This document shows, piece after piece, positions 39,252 through 48,936 of a stretch of 64,000 bases of DNA (the stretch's first letter is position 1; each line of letters begins with the position of its first letter). A program made the position numbers and the translations under genes. The notes beneath the pieces were generated by a model. The model saw only the letters and a program-made list of their open reading frames with translations. It had not been told where the DNA came from and made no database searches. Source of the stretch: Promethearchaeota archaeon (lineage in GTDB: Archaea > Asgardarchaeota > Heimdallarchaeia > Hodarchaeales > Hodarchaeaceae); the NCBI GenBank assembly GCA_048938105.1, contig JBHLMN010000015.1, positions 64,001-128,000 on the forward strand, written 5' to 3'.

Positions 39252-41348
39252 TTAGGTCACTCGAGTGCCATCAGATACGTCTTGATCAGGAATTAACAAG
39301 CTTAACTCTTCCCCGTCAACAGCAGCCAATAGCATTCCCTCAGAACGAACTCCTCGAATAATAGCAGGTTCTAAATTTACAATCACAGTTATTCGCTGGC
39401 CAATAAGTGCCTCCACTTCTCTAAAAGTAGCTAATCCAGCAACTAATTGGTGCTGACCAATTTCAGAACCAAGTTCAACTTTAAGTTTTAATAAGTTCTT
39501 CGTTTTCGGGATTTTTTCAGCAGATATTATGGTTCCAATTCTAATATCAAGCTTTTGAAAATCTGCAAACGGAACAGTTGTTTGTTTCTTGTCAGACACG
39601 GGTAATTCCTCAGATGAGTCAATTTGAGTCTTGATCCTCAATTCCTTAAGTTTTATTTGAAGTTCTTCAATGTCAATTTTTGAGAAGAGGGGATCAGACT
39701 CTTTAATCAGAGTCCCTGGTTGAAGTTTCAATTTACCTGCTTCATCGAAATCCTGTTCCTCAGCTTTTCCTGATTGAGCAAGAGTAAGCCAGATTTTCTC
39801 ACTAGTTTCGGGTAAAATGGGGGATAGTAGAATACTTAATGTAAGAAGAGATTGAGCACAGAGATATAACGATGTCTCAACAGCGCTAAAATCTGTTTTT
39901 ACTAGTTTCCAAGGTTCCTTTGTACTGAGATAAGTATTAGCAGCCCTAGCAAAATCGATAATCGAAGACACCGCCTTTTTAAACTCAAAACGGTCGAAAA
40001 AATCCGCCATAACGTTAGGAGTCTTGTGAATCGCGGTGACAAAGTCCCTATCAATGTCATCAAGACGGTGACATTCTGGAATCTTCCCATCACAATATTT
40101 GTGGATCAAAATAATGATTCGATGAATATAATTCCCTAAGACGTCATTAAGATCATTATTAATACGTTGTTCGAATTCATCCCAAGTAAAGTTAGTATCT
40201 TTAATTTCAGGCCGCGTTGCCGCTAAATAGTATCTCCAATAATCCGTAGGAAGAAGAGCAGCCGCATCATCAATCCAAATGCCAATACCTTGCGATTTAC
40301 TGAACTTTTTCCCCTCAAAAAGCAAAAATTCAGTCGTACTCACATTGTACGGGAGAACAAAAGGTTTACCATAGCTCTCCTTTGTTCCAAGGATGAGAGC
40401 AGGGAATAATAAAGTATGGAAAAAAATATTGTCCTTACCAATAAAAAAAATGGTTCGAGTGTCTTGATCTAGCCAATATTTTTTCCAAAAATCAGGATTG
40501 TTATGTTCTCGTTCCCCTAATTCCGCAGAAGCAGAAACATAGCCAAGAACTGCTTCAAGCCAGACATAAATGGATTTATTCGTAGCATCGGGGATAGCTT
40601 TATCAGCAGGAATACCCCAAGCTAAATCTCGGGTCAAAGTACGTGCCTGTAATCCCTCGTCCAGAATATTAACAGAAAATTTTCGGGCATTTTCAGGCAG
40701 TTGTTTATTCTGGCGAATATATTTAGCTAGAGGTTCCTGAAATGCAGAAAAATCATAAAACCATTGAGTTGTCGATTTGATAATGGGGGGATGAGAACAG
40801 ATTTTACACAAAGGATCTATTAATTCGACAGGACTCAAGGGTTTACCACAATCAGGGGCATCACATTGGTCTCCTCGAGCACCAGAAGCACCACAATGGG
40901 GACATGTGCCCTCGACAAATCTATCGGGGAGAAATCGCTTATCATGTTCACAATAGAGCTGTTCGACCTCTTTAGAGAAAATAAACCCATGGTTAAAACA
41001 ACGACGATAAAAATCTTGAACCCACTTATAATGGAAAGGATTCGCCGTCTTGGAATAATTTAAGCGGATGTTCCATTTTTCTAACAAAGTCAGAATTTGA
41101 GCATGGTTTTTATCAACCAATTCCTGAGGAGAGATATTCGCATCAATCGCAGCTACCGCAATAGGGGTGCCATGACAATCAGAGCCAGTAGCAGAGATCA
41201 CGTCCGCTCCGCGCAATTTTAAATAACGAACATAAATATCAGCACCCAATAAATGTAAAACCGTCCCAAGATGAGGAACTGCATTAACATAAGGCCACGC
41301 AGGGCAGATGACATACTTTTGATTATGTAAGGTTTCCACATTAATCAC
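39252..41348 (-). CDS. metG: Methionyl-tRNA synthetase with C-terminal tRNA-binding domain
   Basis: WPYVN--PHLG, zinc knuckles, GKDNIFFH, KFSKS, SEGMLLA. Confidence 0.97.
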   Translation of the reverse strand: MINVETLHNQKYVICPAWPYVNAVPHLGTVLHLLGADIYVRYLKLRGADVISATGSDCHGTPIAVAAIDANISPQELVDKNHAQILTLLEKWNIRLNYSKTANPFHYKWVQDFYRRCFNHGFIFSKEVEQLYCEHDKRFLPDRFVEGTCPHCGASGARGDQCDAPDCGKPLSPVELIDPLCKICSHPPIIKSTTQWFYDFSAFQEPLAKYIRQNKQLPENARKFSVNILDEGLQARTLTRDLAWGIPADKAIPDATNKSIYVWLEAVLGYVSASAELGEREHNNPDFWKKYWLDQDTRTIFFIGKDNIFFHTLLFPALILGTKESYGKPFVLPYNVSTTEFLLFEGKKFSKSQGIGIWIDDAAALLPTDYWRYYLAATRPEIKDTNFTWDEFEQRINNDLNDVLGNYIHRIIILIHKYCDGKIPECHRLDDIDRDFVTAIHKTPNVMADFFDRFEFKKAVSSIIDFARAANTYLSTKEPWKLVKTDFSAVETSLYLCAQSLLTLSILLSPILPETSEKIWLTLAQSGKAEEQDFDEAGKLKLQPGTLIKESDPLFSKIDIEELQIKLKELRIKTQIDSSEELPVSDKKQTTVPFADFQKLDIRIGTIISAEKIPKTKNLLKLKVELGSEIGQHQLVAGLATFREVEALIGQRITVIVNLEPAIIRGVRSEGMLLAAVDGEELSLLIPDQDVSDGTRVT

Positions 41349-42343
41349 GTCCTATCGATAGTGAGGAGAAAAAAAGGCTGTTGAAATGATAAACCAAAGG
41401 GGCACTCGGGAAGGGAATAGGAGGAAGATCCAAAGAAGATTGAAAAAGATGACGAAAACATAAGCGGGTGAGCGAGAAAAGAAATGAAAATTCAGCTTGA
41501 GTGCGCCATTTGGTAATCCCACATTGTTTATCGCCTCAGATCGTTCCGCTCAGAGACAATATAAATGGCTTTCGATACAAACAAGCCAATTCAGAGAAAC
41601 ATGAGAACCATGAGAAGAATAAATAAATACATAAAATCAAGAAAAACGGAAATGAGAGAACAAAATAGGAAAAAGAGAAGGATCATTTAAATAAAAATAT
41701 TCAAAATATCGATGAAACAAGACAAAGAAAGAAATTAAAAATAAAAATGCACTAGGGAAGAAAATATAGTTTAAAAAGTCCTTATAAAGAAAAATAAAAC
41801 CCAGAGGCAAGACGAGATAGGTGGAAAAACTCCAAAAAAGATGGAGTAGGAATCAATCCAACGACAGGACACAGAAACTAAAAGGATTTGACAAGAAAAG
41901 TCCAAGAAAAAAAACAGGAAAAGAATACAAAAAGGTTATTTTTAAAAATTGTTACCGTAAAGGCAAGAACAGAGACAATCGTAAGACAAAGGTTATAATG
42001 GAAAAGCGAAAATGTAGGATACGAACCCAAAAGGACGAAGGGAAATATACACGAAACATAGAAACAACAAAATTAATATTATAGCCGCTGAACGATGAAA
42101 AGAGTACAGTGGCGACAGAAAAAAAATAGAAAGCCATGGGCATCCAACGAATCGAAAAAACCTTTTTTCTAAACGTTGGGTGCCCCTCCCTCCCCCCTTA
42201 TTCATCTCTATTAATGGGGTTGGCTGCTCTCCTCTGTATTTTTTGGCATTCTAGTCTCATAGCTTAAGTTAGAGTCAGTCCTCTCCTCCTTGAATTGCTT
42301 TTTCTTCATCTATCCTTTTTTTCCACCCCCAGTCTCTTTTTCA

Positions 42344-42586
42344 TTATTCTTTCTGGTTCTTCCCCTTCCGTTTCAGTTTCTCCAGTGAGAATTCTTCCTT
42401 GTTCCTTATGTATTCTCGGATCGCGGCTTCTATGAATTTCACATAGCCTGGGTTTTCTCCCTTTTTAAATTCGTTTTCCACCTCAGGGAACTCCTCAAAT
42501 AGCCTTTGAATTCGTCGTTGTAGTTCTCGTGGCAGTGATACCGAGTAATAGTCATATTTCTTCTTCATTGTTGTCCTCTCGCTCAT
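42344..42586 (-). CDS. Ribbon-helix-helix (CopG/Arc-like) DNA-binding protein
   Basis: YYSVSLPREL beta-strand/helix A and FIEAAIREYI helix B. Confidence 0.7.
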   Translation of the reverse strand: MSERTTMKKKYDYYSVSLPRELQRRIQRLFEEFPEVENEFKKGENPGYVKFIEAAIREYIRNKEEFSLEKLKRKGKNQKE

Positions 42587-42677
42587 TATCTGTTGTTTTC
42601 GTCATTTTCGTTTTTCCCTAGTATTGATTGAATATTAATGCAAACTTTATATAGCTTTTGGTTTTCTAATCTCTTAG

Positions 42678-43064
42678 ATGGTTTTCATGTTTTCTTCCGA
42701 TAAACCACCTCTTGATATGCTTCAGCATGTTATTGACGATATTTTGTTAATTGATGGGGTCAAGTTTGCTTTTCTTATTGATCCTGTTAGGCCTTCCCTT
42801 ATTGTTGTTAACCCTTTCTCTGTTGATTCTCAGACCAAAGAGCTTTTATTACCTATTTTCCTCAAGCTCATTTCTGCTTCTCGAACTGCCTACGCCTGCA
42901 TGGATTTAGATCCTGAGTTTGATGAGTTTTGTTTCTGGACCGATACAATTGCAGGGTACCTCTATCGAATCCAACAAGTGTTTCTTGTTGTTATTACTAA
43001 CCTCTATGTAAAAATTAAAGACATATACTCATTAATTCACGATAAACTAGGTGTTTTATCATAA
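42678..43064 (+). CDS. Divergent roadblock/LC7-like protein
   Basis: IDGVKFAFLID, central helix, C-terminal strands (FLVVIT). Confidence 0.6.
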   Translation: MVFMFSSDKPPLDMLQHVIDDILLIDGVKFAFLIDPVRPSLIVVNPFSVDSQTKELLLPIFLKLISASRTAYACMDLDPEFDEFCFWTDTIAGYLYRIQQVFLVVITNLYVKIKDIYSLIHDKLGVLS

Positions 43065-43066
43065 AG

Positions 43067-43492
43067 GTGATACAATTGCATGATCCAGATGATGAAAAGA
43101 ATTATCTACTTTCCAGGTTGAAAATGTTTCTTCTCCATTTATCTGCTCCTGGGGTCAAGTATGTCCTCTTTGTCAACACACATGATGGCACGGTCTTATC
43201 CTCACCTGAAAGGCCCATTACAAAGCTGAACAAATCCCGATTAGCGTCAGCTTTAAAGGAGATCAAATCAAACACTGCTCAAATCTTCTCATGTCTCGAC
43301 CTAGATGGGAGTAGTCATGTTAGAATAGAATTATCAGCGCTGACTGGTTGGAGTCTTATCGATTTAGATGTAAATTGGATCATCTCTGTTTTTGGTTATC
43401 CTCCCGAAGATTTTCGCCCAGAAATCTCTGGGAGAATGGCAGGAATGTGGGATCTGATTAGTGAATACTATTCATCTTCTGGCCAATTTTAA
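43067..43492 (+). CDS. Divergent roadblock/LC7-like protein
   Basis: PGVKYVLFVNTHDGTVLSS, helix, HVRIEL, IISVF. Confidence 0.55.
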   Translation: MIQLHDPDDEKNYLLSRLKMFLLHLSAPGVKYVLFVNTHDGTVLSSPERPITKLNKSRLASALKEIKSNTAQIFSCLDLDGSSHVRIELSALTGWSLIDLDVNWIISVFGYPPEDFRPEISGRMAGMWDLISEYYSSSGQF

Positions 43493-43835
43493 GTACTGTA
43501 ACAGCCTACTCCTCATCAATCCTCATAAATTTTGTTCTTAACATTGTTCTTTTTCTTCGTTTTCTATTATTAGTGACTAATCACACTATCAAAGGCCATC
43601 ATTTTTCATTTCCTAGGATTTTTTTGTCTTCAATAAATGTGAATAAAGTAAAACCCTACCATTAGCAGTATTAGACCAAAACTAGTGATTATAACACTAT
43701 TATAAAGGTCTGAAAGCCCACACGTTCTTTATAGCAAAAAAAGACCTTTCCAATCCTTAACAATTCATATTCAAGGGAAAAAATCCCCCCTCACGTGTCT
43801 CCCCTAGTATTTTTTCTATTGTAGGTTATGGCTTA

Positions 43836-44390
43836 GTGATGTCTATGGACAATGGGGACGATCAATGGGCTCCAACCAATGAAGGTGGTAGGGCATGGAG
43901 TCAACCCCGATAAGCAGCCACAGGCCAGTTCACCGTTATTGTTGAGAATGACCCAGATAATGTCAAGATGAGCCGCTGGAACTTCTCCTATTCTGTTCCT
44001 GTTTCGTTTAGTTCGGGAAATGCCAGTTTTGAAGACGGATCTGTTGCTTCTGATTACTGGGAGAAATTTTTGAATAGTTTCCTTCCAGTTATCGTCATTA
44101 TAGCCTTGATCATTGAAATCATTGCAGCCATTGTCATCTTGAATGTTGTTGGAACCATTCTACTTGGGGGTACTACAATGATGATATTAGATATCCTAGC
44201 AATATCTGCTTTAGGATTCGAATTGCTTTACACTCATAGATTGGGGGATTTTGAAGGATGTGATGAATACAATTCAAATTGGCTAGCTCGTTTCCTGTAC
44301 CATTATATCTGTGATTGGGATGGTACTACTGTCCGTATTGTGGTGATGAATGATAAATTTGACCCTTTTACTATCAGATTTACTGAATAA
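43836..44390 (+). pseudogene. Cassette 1 gene A: truncated C-terminal fragment with hydrophobic hairpin; in-frame TAA at 43911
   Basis: The frame of ORF 43968 continues upstream across one stop; paralog of 47718-48017. Confidence 0.55.
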
Positions 44391-44431
44391 TCTTTTAAAC
44401 AACAAAAATAATAATTCTTGAGGTATATTTA

Positions 44432-44923
44432 ATGGTCATTTGTAAATACTGCCAGGCGAAAGAAGCAATTGCCAGACATAGTTCAGTGTTTTTTGATTAT
44501 TGTTCTCTCAATTGCTGGATTCGTGGTAATGCATGGTTTAACATTCTCGCTGGAGTGGTAATTATCTTCATTGATTTGATCGCGTTAATCTCTAACATTG
44601 GATTACTCGCTGTGATGTTTTCCTATTTTGCTGTTGGCGCACCTATCCTCATTATTATAGGGATCATTGGTCTAATACTCAAAGCAGTCAAACCTATGCA
44701 CCTTAATTCCGACCAAATATCAAATCAAATTACTGAGTTAAGAAATAGCCTTGAACAGGATATCCAACGTTTAGATTTCACTGATTTAGAGTCTAAGCAA
44801 TTGGTCGAGAGGTTTAATAACCAAAAATCACAATTTATCGAAAAGAAAATTCCCCCACAATTCTATCTCAAATGGTTACGTGATTTTAAAAAAACTATCG
44901 GCACCAAACTTCAGGAATTTTAA
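44432..44923 (+). CDS. Cassette 1 gene B: zinc-finger (CxxC...YCSxxC), 2-TM protein with helical tail
   Basis: Paralog of 48028-48549 with identical last 19 aa. Confidence 0.75.
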   Translation: MVICKYCQAKEAIARHSSVFFDYCSLNCWIRGNAWFNILAGVVIIFIDLIALISNIGLLAVMFSYFAVGAPILIIIGIIGLILKAVKPMHLNSDQISNQITELRNSLEQDIQRLDFTDLESKQLVERFNNQKSQFIEKKIPPQFYLKWLRDFKKTIGTKLQEF

Positions 44924-44988
44924 TCTTTTTTTACCGTTTGAATGAATCTCCTCTTTTTAAATTCGTTTCCCTTCTTTTTCCTACTTCC

Positions 44989-45117
44989 TTACTCCCTTTC
45001 TCGTCGTTTTTCTTTTTCAAGGGCGACTTTTTCTTTGTCCCTGATGTATTCTCGGATCGCTGCTTCTATAAATTCGTCTTGTACATCGGTCTGTCTTCTC
45101 GTTTGTGGGCATTGCAC
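44989..45117 (-). pseudogene. Remnant of the RHH gene 3' half
   Basis: EFIEAAIREYIRDKEKVALEK versus FIEAAIREYIRNKEEFSLEK in 42344-42586. Confidence 0.7.
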
Positions 45118-45175
45118 TCATTAACGAATAGATTTGCTCCCTTACCACTGTTATTGTTTATATCTGTAGATTCCA

Positions 45176-45320
45176 TTACTGAAATAAATACACATCAACA
45201 TCTATGATTGGTTTGTACCCAATGGTTTGATAGATTTTATTCGATGTTGGATTGGCTAAATCAGTAAAAAGAAAACAATATGTTTTTCCTTCATCTAGTA
45301 TATTTTGACTTAATTTTGCT
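45176..45320 (-). pseudogene. Duplicated 3' end (145 nt) of the GNAT gene
   Basis: One mismatch seen versus 48792-48936. Confidence 0.9.
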
Positions 45321-45544
45321 TTAAAAAGCACACATCCTAACATTACTTATGATTCAGATCAAATTCGCGATGTATATGGTCTGGACAAACGGATTTATCC
45401 TAGAAAGTATTCAAGAATCAATGAGAATAATCGAAAATAATCTAGTAAATTGAGTTGCAGAGACAGTTATCTGGGTCAAACCGGTAATCCTGATTTCATC
45501 AGCTTTTAATTGACCAAAAAAAATGAAAGAAAGGAATGTGCTTT

Positions 45545-45581
45545 GGAAAACTCATCTCTGGACTATAGTCTAGGGTTTTCC
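45545..45581 (-). terminator. Hairpin downstream of the Cys-rich gene
   Basis: GGAAAAC...GACTATAGTC...GTTTTCC inverted repeat, with a T-rich run further along the minus strand. Confidence 0.4.
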
Positions 45582-45590
45582 TCCTGCTTC

Positions 45591-46853
45591 TTAATCGTAC
45601 TCCTCGTACTCATGCCAATACGGCCTTTCACAGTTTTCTCCACACTCTTCAGTGGCTTCCCATACCGCAGCAGCAGCAAGACCTTCTGCAACAAGGCAGG
45701 CAACATGCGCGCCTAGGCAGCAACCAGCTGAAACGTGACACTTGATTGCTGCAGCAACGACGCCAGCAATTCCTAAAATTCTAAAAGCGTCGCAACAAGC
45801 TTTGCAAAGTGTCTCGCTCTCGAATGCAGAACATCCTGCTCGTCCCGCACTAGCCTCGGGCCCATACATAATCTGGCCAGTGGGACCTTCTTCCCCTGTT
45901 CCCTCACCTACGGTTGTATGGAATAGGTGTCCAGCAACTCCGAGTTTTTTAATATCCACAGTATTAGCCACAGTTGCCATAACAGAATGTAATGTACCGT
46001 GTACGTTATCTATTGTTTCTTCTTCCTCCTCCTCTTCCTCTTCTGGTGCATAGACAACATAAGTATTCCAATGGAAGATTTTTCTCAAAGATGTCTTTTT
46101 TAAAGCAACTTCTTTGAATCCTAGGATTAAGGTTTTTTTTCTGTCTGTAAATCTTTCAAGCTGCTTTAATTTTACTGGTCTCCATTTGCCGTTTTTCAAA
46201 GCAAGAACCTTATTGTAAAAACCTGTAAATCGTTTGCTTCTATCTGGAATCATTTTGTTGAGTCTGCTAACAATTTTATCTTTTTTTATTTTTTCTAATT
46301 CCTTTGGACGTATATGCTTGTAAAATAGTGTATCAAATCCAGTATTATCAAGAGTATAGATTCCATATCTGGATCTTTTCTTTATGTCATAAGTGTTGAT
46401 GAGAATAAATTCTCTATATCCGAAGGCAAAGGCACCAACTCGCCGAGACATTCTAGGGTCGAATGTTCTACGAGTAAGGAATGCTGCACGTGTGTTGTTA
46501 GGTGTAACATGAAATGAAAGCTTTTTTGAGATATATTCAATAAGCTCCTTACTTCTCTCCATATCTATCGCTGAAATTGTGAACGAATCGTTCAATGAGA
46601 CCCCTCCTAGGTCATAGGTAAATTCCTCAATCAATTTGAATGGGAGTGCTGAACCATTTACCTCAAATTCATTAGATCTTGTCTTTAGAGTTGTTAGATA
46701 CTCCTGATCCTCAATTGGTGATTCGACATACGATGCAATACTGTCCCCATAAGAAATTCGTACTAGATCTGTGAATGGTGAATCACTAGTCTCAGCAATT
46801 TTTTCAAATAGTGGTTTTCCACCTTCAATATTTTTTTCGTCTTTTTTTTCCAT
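45591..46853 (-). CDS. Hypothetical protein with poly-Glu linker and 10-Cys hydrophobic C-terminal domain (possible archaeocin/toxin precursor)
   Basis: All ten Cys lie in the last ~80 aa around an Ala/Gly/Val-rich hairpin; GGAGG Shine-Dalgarno motif. Confidence 0.6.
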   Translation of the reverse strand: MEKKDEKNIEGGKPLFEKIAETSDSPFTDLVRISYGDSIASYVESPIEDQEYLTTLKTRSNEFEVNGSALPFKLIEEFTYDLGGVSLNDSFTISAIDMERSKELIEYISKKLSFHVTPNNTRAAFLTRRTFDPRMSRRVGAFAFGYREFILINTYDIKKRSRYGIYTLDNTGFDTLFYKHIRPKELEKIKKDKIVSRLNKMIPDRSKRFTGFYNKVLALKNGKWRPVKLKQLERFTDRKKTLILGFKEVALKKTSLRKIFHWNTYVVYAPEEEEEEEEETIDNVHGTLHSVMATVANTVDIKKLGVAGHLFHTTVGEGTGEEGPTGQIMYGPEASAGRAGCSAFESETLCKACCDAFRILGIAGVVAAAIKCHVSAGCCLGAHVACLVAEGLAAAAVWEATEECGENCERPYWHEYEEYD

Positions 46854-46877
46854 TCAAGGTTCCTCCATTCCAATTAC

Positions 46878-47231
46878 TCAATCAACTAATGCTAGAAGTC
46901 TCGACATATCATTCAGACTTGAATCATCCCTGATCTTAGACTTTAGCTTTCCATTCATGAAAGCTCTCATGGGGGATAATTTTCCATCTATTATATCTTG
47001 GATTGATTTAGTTGTAGTAGTGATTGTAAATTCAGGATTCTCTGTAGTACCTCCCTTGACAGAACCAGTTCCGTCTTGGAAGATAATATAACAAGCAGCA
47101 CTTGGATTATCGATGAAATCAAACTGGAGAGTCCTGTTGAAATCCATAAACCGTACTTTAAGTTTCTCATCATCTAATTTTACTACCATTTTTCCAATGA
47201 ACTCCATAATCTCTTCTTTTGATAATGACAT
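46878..47231 (-). CDS. SCP2 sterol/lipid-binding domain protein
   Basis: TLQFDF, PEFTIT, IIDGKLSPMRAFMNGKLK; AAGGAGG upstream of ATG at 47231. Confidence 0.88.
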   Translation of the reverse strand: MSLSKEEIMEFIGKMVVKLDDEKLKVRFMDFNRTLQFDFIDNPSAACYIIFQDGTGSVKGGTTENPEFTITTTTKSIQDIIDGKLSPMRAFMNGKLKSKIRDDSSLNDMSRLLALVD

Positions 47232-47481
47232 TTTTCGCATCCTCCTTGAATTTTGCAATCTTGGGAGTGTGAGTGATTCCCAATGCATTCTTCAAAAACA
47301 CATCTACATTAAATGTAGGCATTTTTTATACCACAAAGATCTATATAAGGATTGTTACTAACACTAGAGAGCCACTTTTTTAATGGTCCTTAAATTTAAA
47401 AATGAAGTATAAAGAAAAATAAGAATCAATTACAAGCAGATAAGAAAAATCACAATCCCAATAATTATTTTAGATTTTACA

Positions 47482-47736
47482 GTGACATTTCTTACCTCAT
47501 TAGTCCCAGAAGATCCCAGTTCTATTTTTTATCATATAAAATTCTTTTCTGCTATAATTTTCTATATTGGAACAATTATTCTTGTTTGGCCAATCATTGA
47601 AAGGGTAAATAGACCTTTTAAAGAGCGAGAAAGAAGAAAAAAAGAAGAGGAAGAAATTAAGAGACTTCTTTATGAATTCCAACACCCAATAAAAAATGAT
47701 GTAGAGGGATCAGATGATTGGTTAAAAAGAGAATAA
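47482..47736 (+). CDS. Small single-TM protein
   Basis: One TM followed by a charged tail. Confidence 0.45.
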   Translation: MTFLTSLVPEDPSSIFYHIKFFSAIIFYIGTIILVWPIIERVNRPFKERERRKKEEEEIKRLLYEFQHPIKNDVEGSDDWLKRE

Positions 47737-48017
47737 ACAAATGCTGGTCCATTAATATCATCCAAAAAGTTTTGAATGTAGGTGCAGCAGCTATCTCTGC
47801 TAAATTAGCTTTAACCATAGATCTTATTACTGTCGGATTCATGTTTAATGAAATAGTTGTTACCCATGAACTTGGAGGATATGAAGGTAGTGACGAGTAC
47901 AACCAATCTTGGTGGTTCCGTGTGTTTTATCATTATATTTATGACTGGGATGACACAATTGCACGGATTGTAATTTATGGCGACAGTTTTGATCCGTTTA
48001 ATGTTCGGTTTATTTAG
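47718..48017 (+). pseudogene. Cassette 2 gene A: shorter fragment paralogous to 43968-44390
   Basis: Shared TH-LG--EG-DEYN--W--R--YHYI-DWD----RIV---D-FDPF--RF. Confidence 0.6.
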
Positions 48018-48027
48018 GTGAGGAAAA

Positions 48028-48549
48028 ATGACCACTTGTCAGTATTGTCATTCAAAAGACGCTGTTAGAAGGTGGAGTCTGTTCATCTTTGATAGAAATT
48101 ATTGTTCCTTTTCCTGTTGGTTTCGTGGAAGCGCGCCTCTTTGTTTATCAGCTGGGGTGGTAGTCTTAATTAATGGTCTTTTACTAGATATCTTTTCAGT
48201 ACTATTAACAGGAGGGGAACCCCTTTCTTTCTCAGGGATGTTAATAATTGGATTTTTCAATTTAGTTGGATTTTTATTGATTTTCTTTGGCATAATCGGA
48301 CTAATAACCAGAAAAATCGCCCCTAGTACCCCTCCTGAAATGATCAGTGAACAGATCACCGAGCTAAAAGACGAGATCGATCTAAAAATTCAACAACTAG
48401 ATTTAACACAATTGGACTTTAAGCAATGGGTTGAGAGGTATAACAATATGAAGGTTGAATTTATAGAGGGAAAGATTCTACCCCAATATTATCTCAAATG
48501 GTTACGTGATTTCAAAAAAACCATCGGTACCAAACTTCAGGAATTTTAA
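48028..48549 (+). CDS. Cassette 2 gene B: zinc-finger 2-TM protein
   Basis: CQYC...YCSFSCW, two TMs, paralog of 44432-44923; GTGAGG Shine-Dalgarno motif. Confidence 0.75.
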   Translation: MTTCQYCHSKDAVRRWSLFIFDRNYCSFSCWFRGSAPLCLSAGVVVLINGLLLDIFSVLLTGGEPLSFSGMLIIGFFNLVGFLLIFFGIIGLITRKIAPSTPPEMISEQITELKDEIDLKIQQLDLTQLDFKQWVERYNNMKVEFIEGKILPQYYLKWLRDFKKTIGTKLQEF

Positions 48550-48936
48550 TCGTTTTTTTCCGTTTGAATGAATCTCCTCTTTTTAAATTCGTTTTCCTTC
48601 TTTTTCCTACTTCCTTACTCCTTTTCTCGCCGTTTTTTTTTTCAAGGGCGAATTCTTCCTTGTCCCTGAAGTATGATCCCTCTTCTATTTTGTATAGGAC
48701 TTCCTGCTGTTTTTTCATTCATATTCATTACGCTCATTAATGAATAGATCTGCTCCCTTGCCACTGTTATTGTTTATTTCTGTAGATTCCATTACTGAAA
48801 TAAATACACATCAACATCTATGATTGGTTTGTACCCAACGGTTTGATAGATTTTATTCGATGTTGGATTGGCTAAATCAGTAAAAAGAAAACAATATGTT
48901 TTTCCTTCATCTAGTATATTTTGACTTAATTTTGCT
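48490..48936 (+). repeat. Direct repeat copy 2
   Basis: Matches 44864-45320. Confidence 0.92.

Larger units (their letters stand above)
44864..45320 (+). repeat. Direct repeat copy 1 (~450 bp)
   Basis: Matches 48490-48936 apart from a diverged middle block. Confidence 0.92.

Noticed and set aside
41821-42205. Lys-rich and Phe-rich ORFs in the skewed region
   Set aside because: They are by-products of extreme A-richness, overlap each other and show no motifs
44938-45207. Plus-strand Phe/Leu-rich ORFs after cassette 1
   Set aside because: They are the antisense shadow of the RHH remnant and GNAT 3' duplicate
44864-48936. Direct repeats read as an IS/transposon or CRISPR array
   Set aside because: No transposase, terminal inverted repeats or regular repeat-spacer structure; no cas genes in the window
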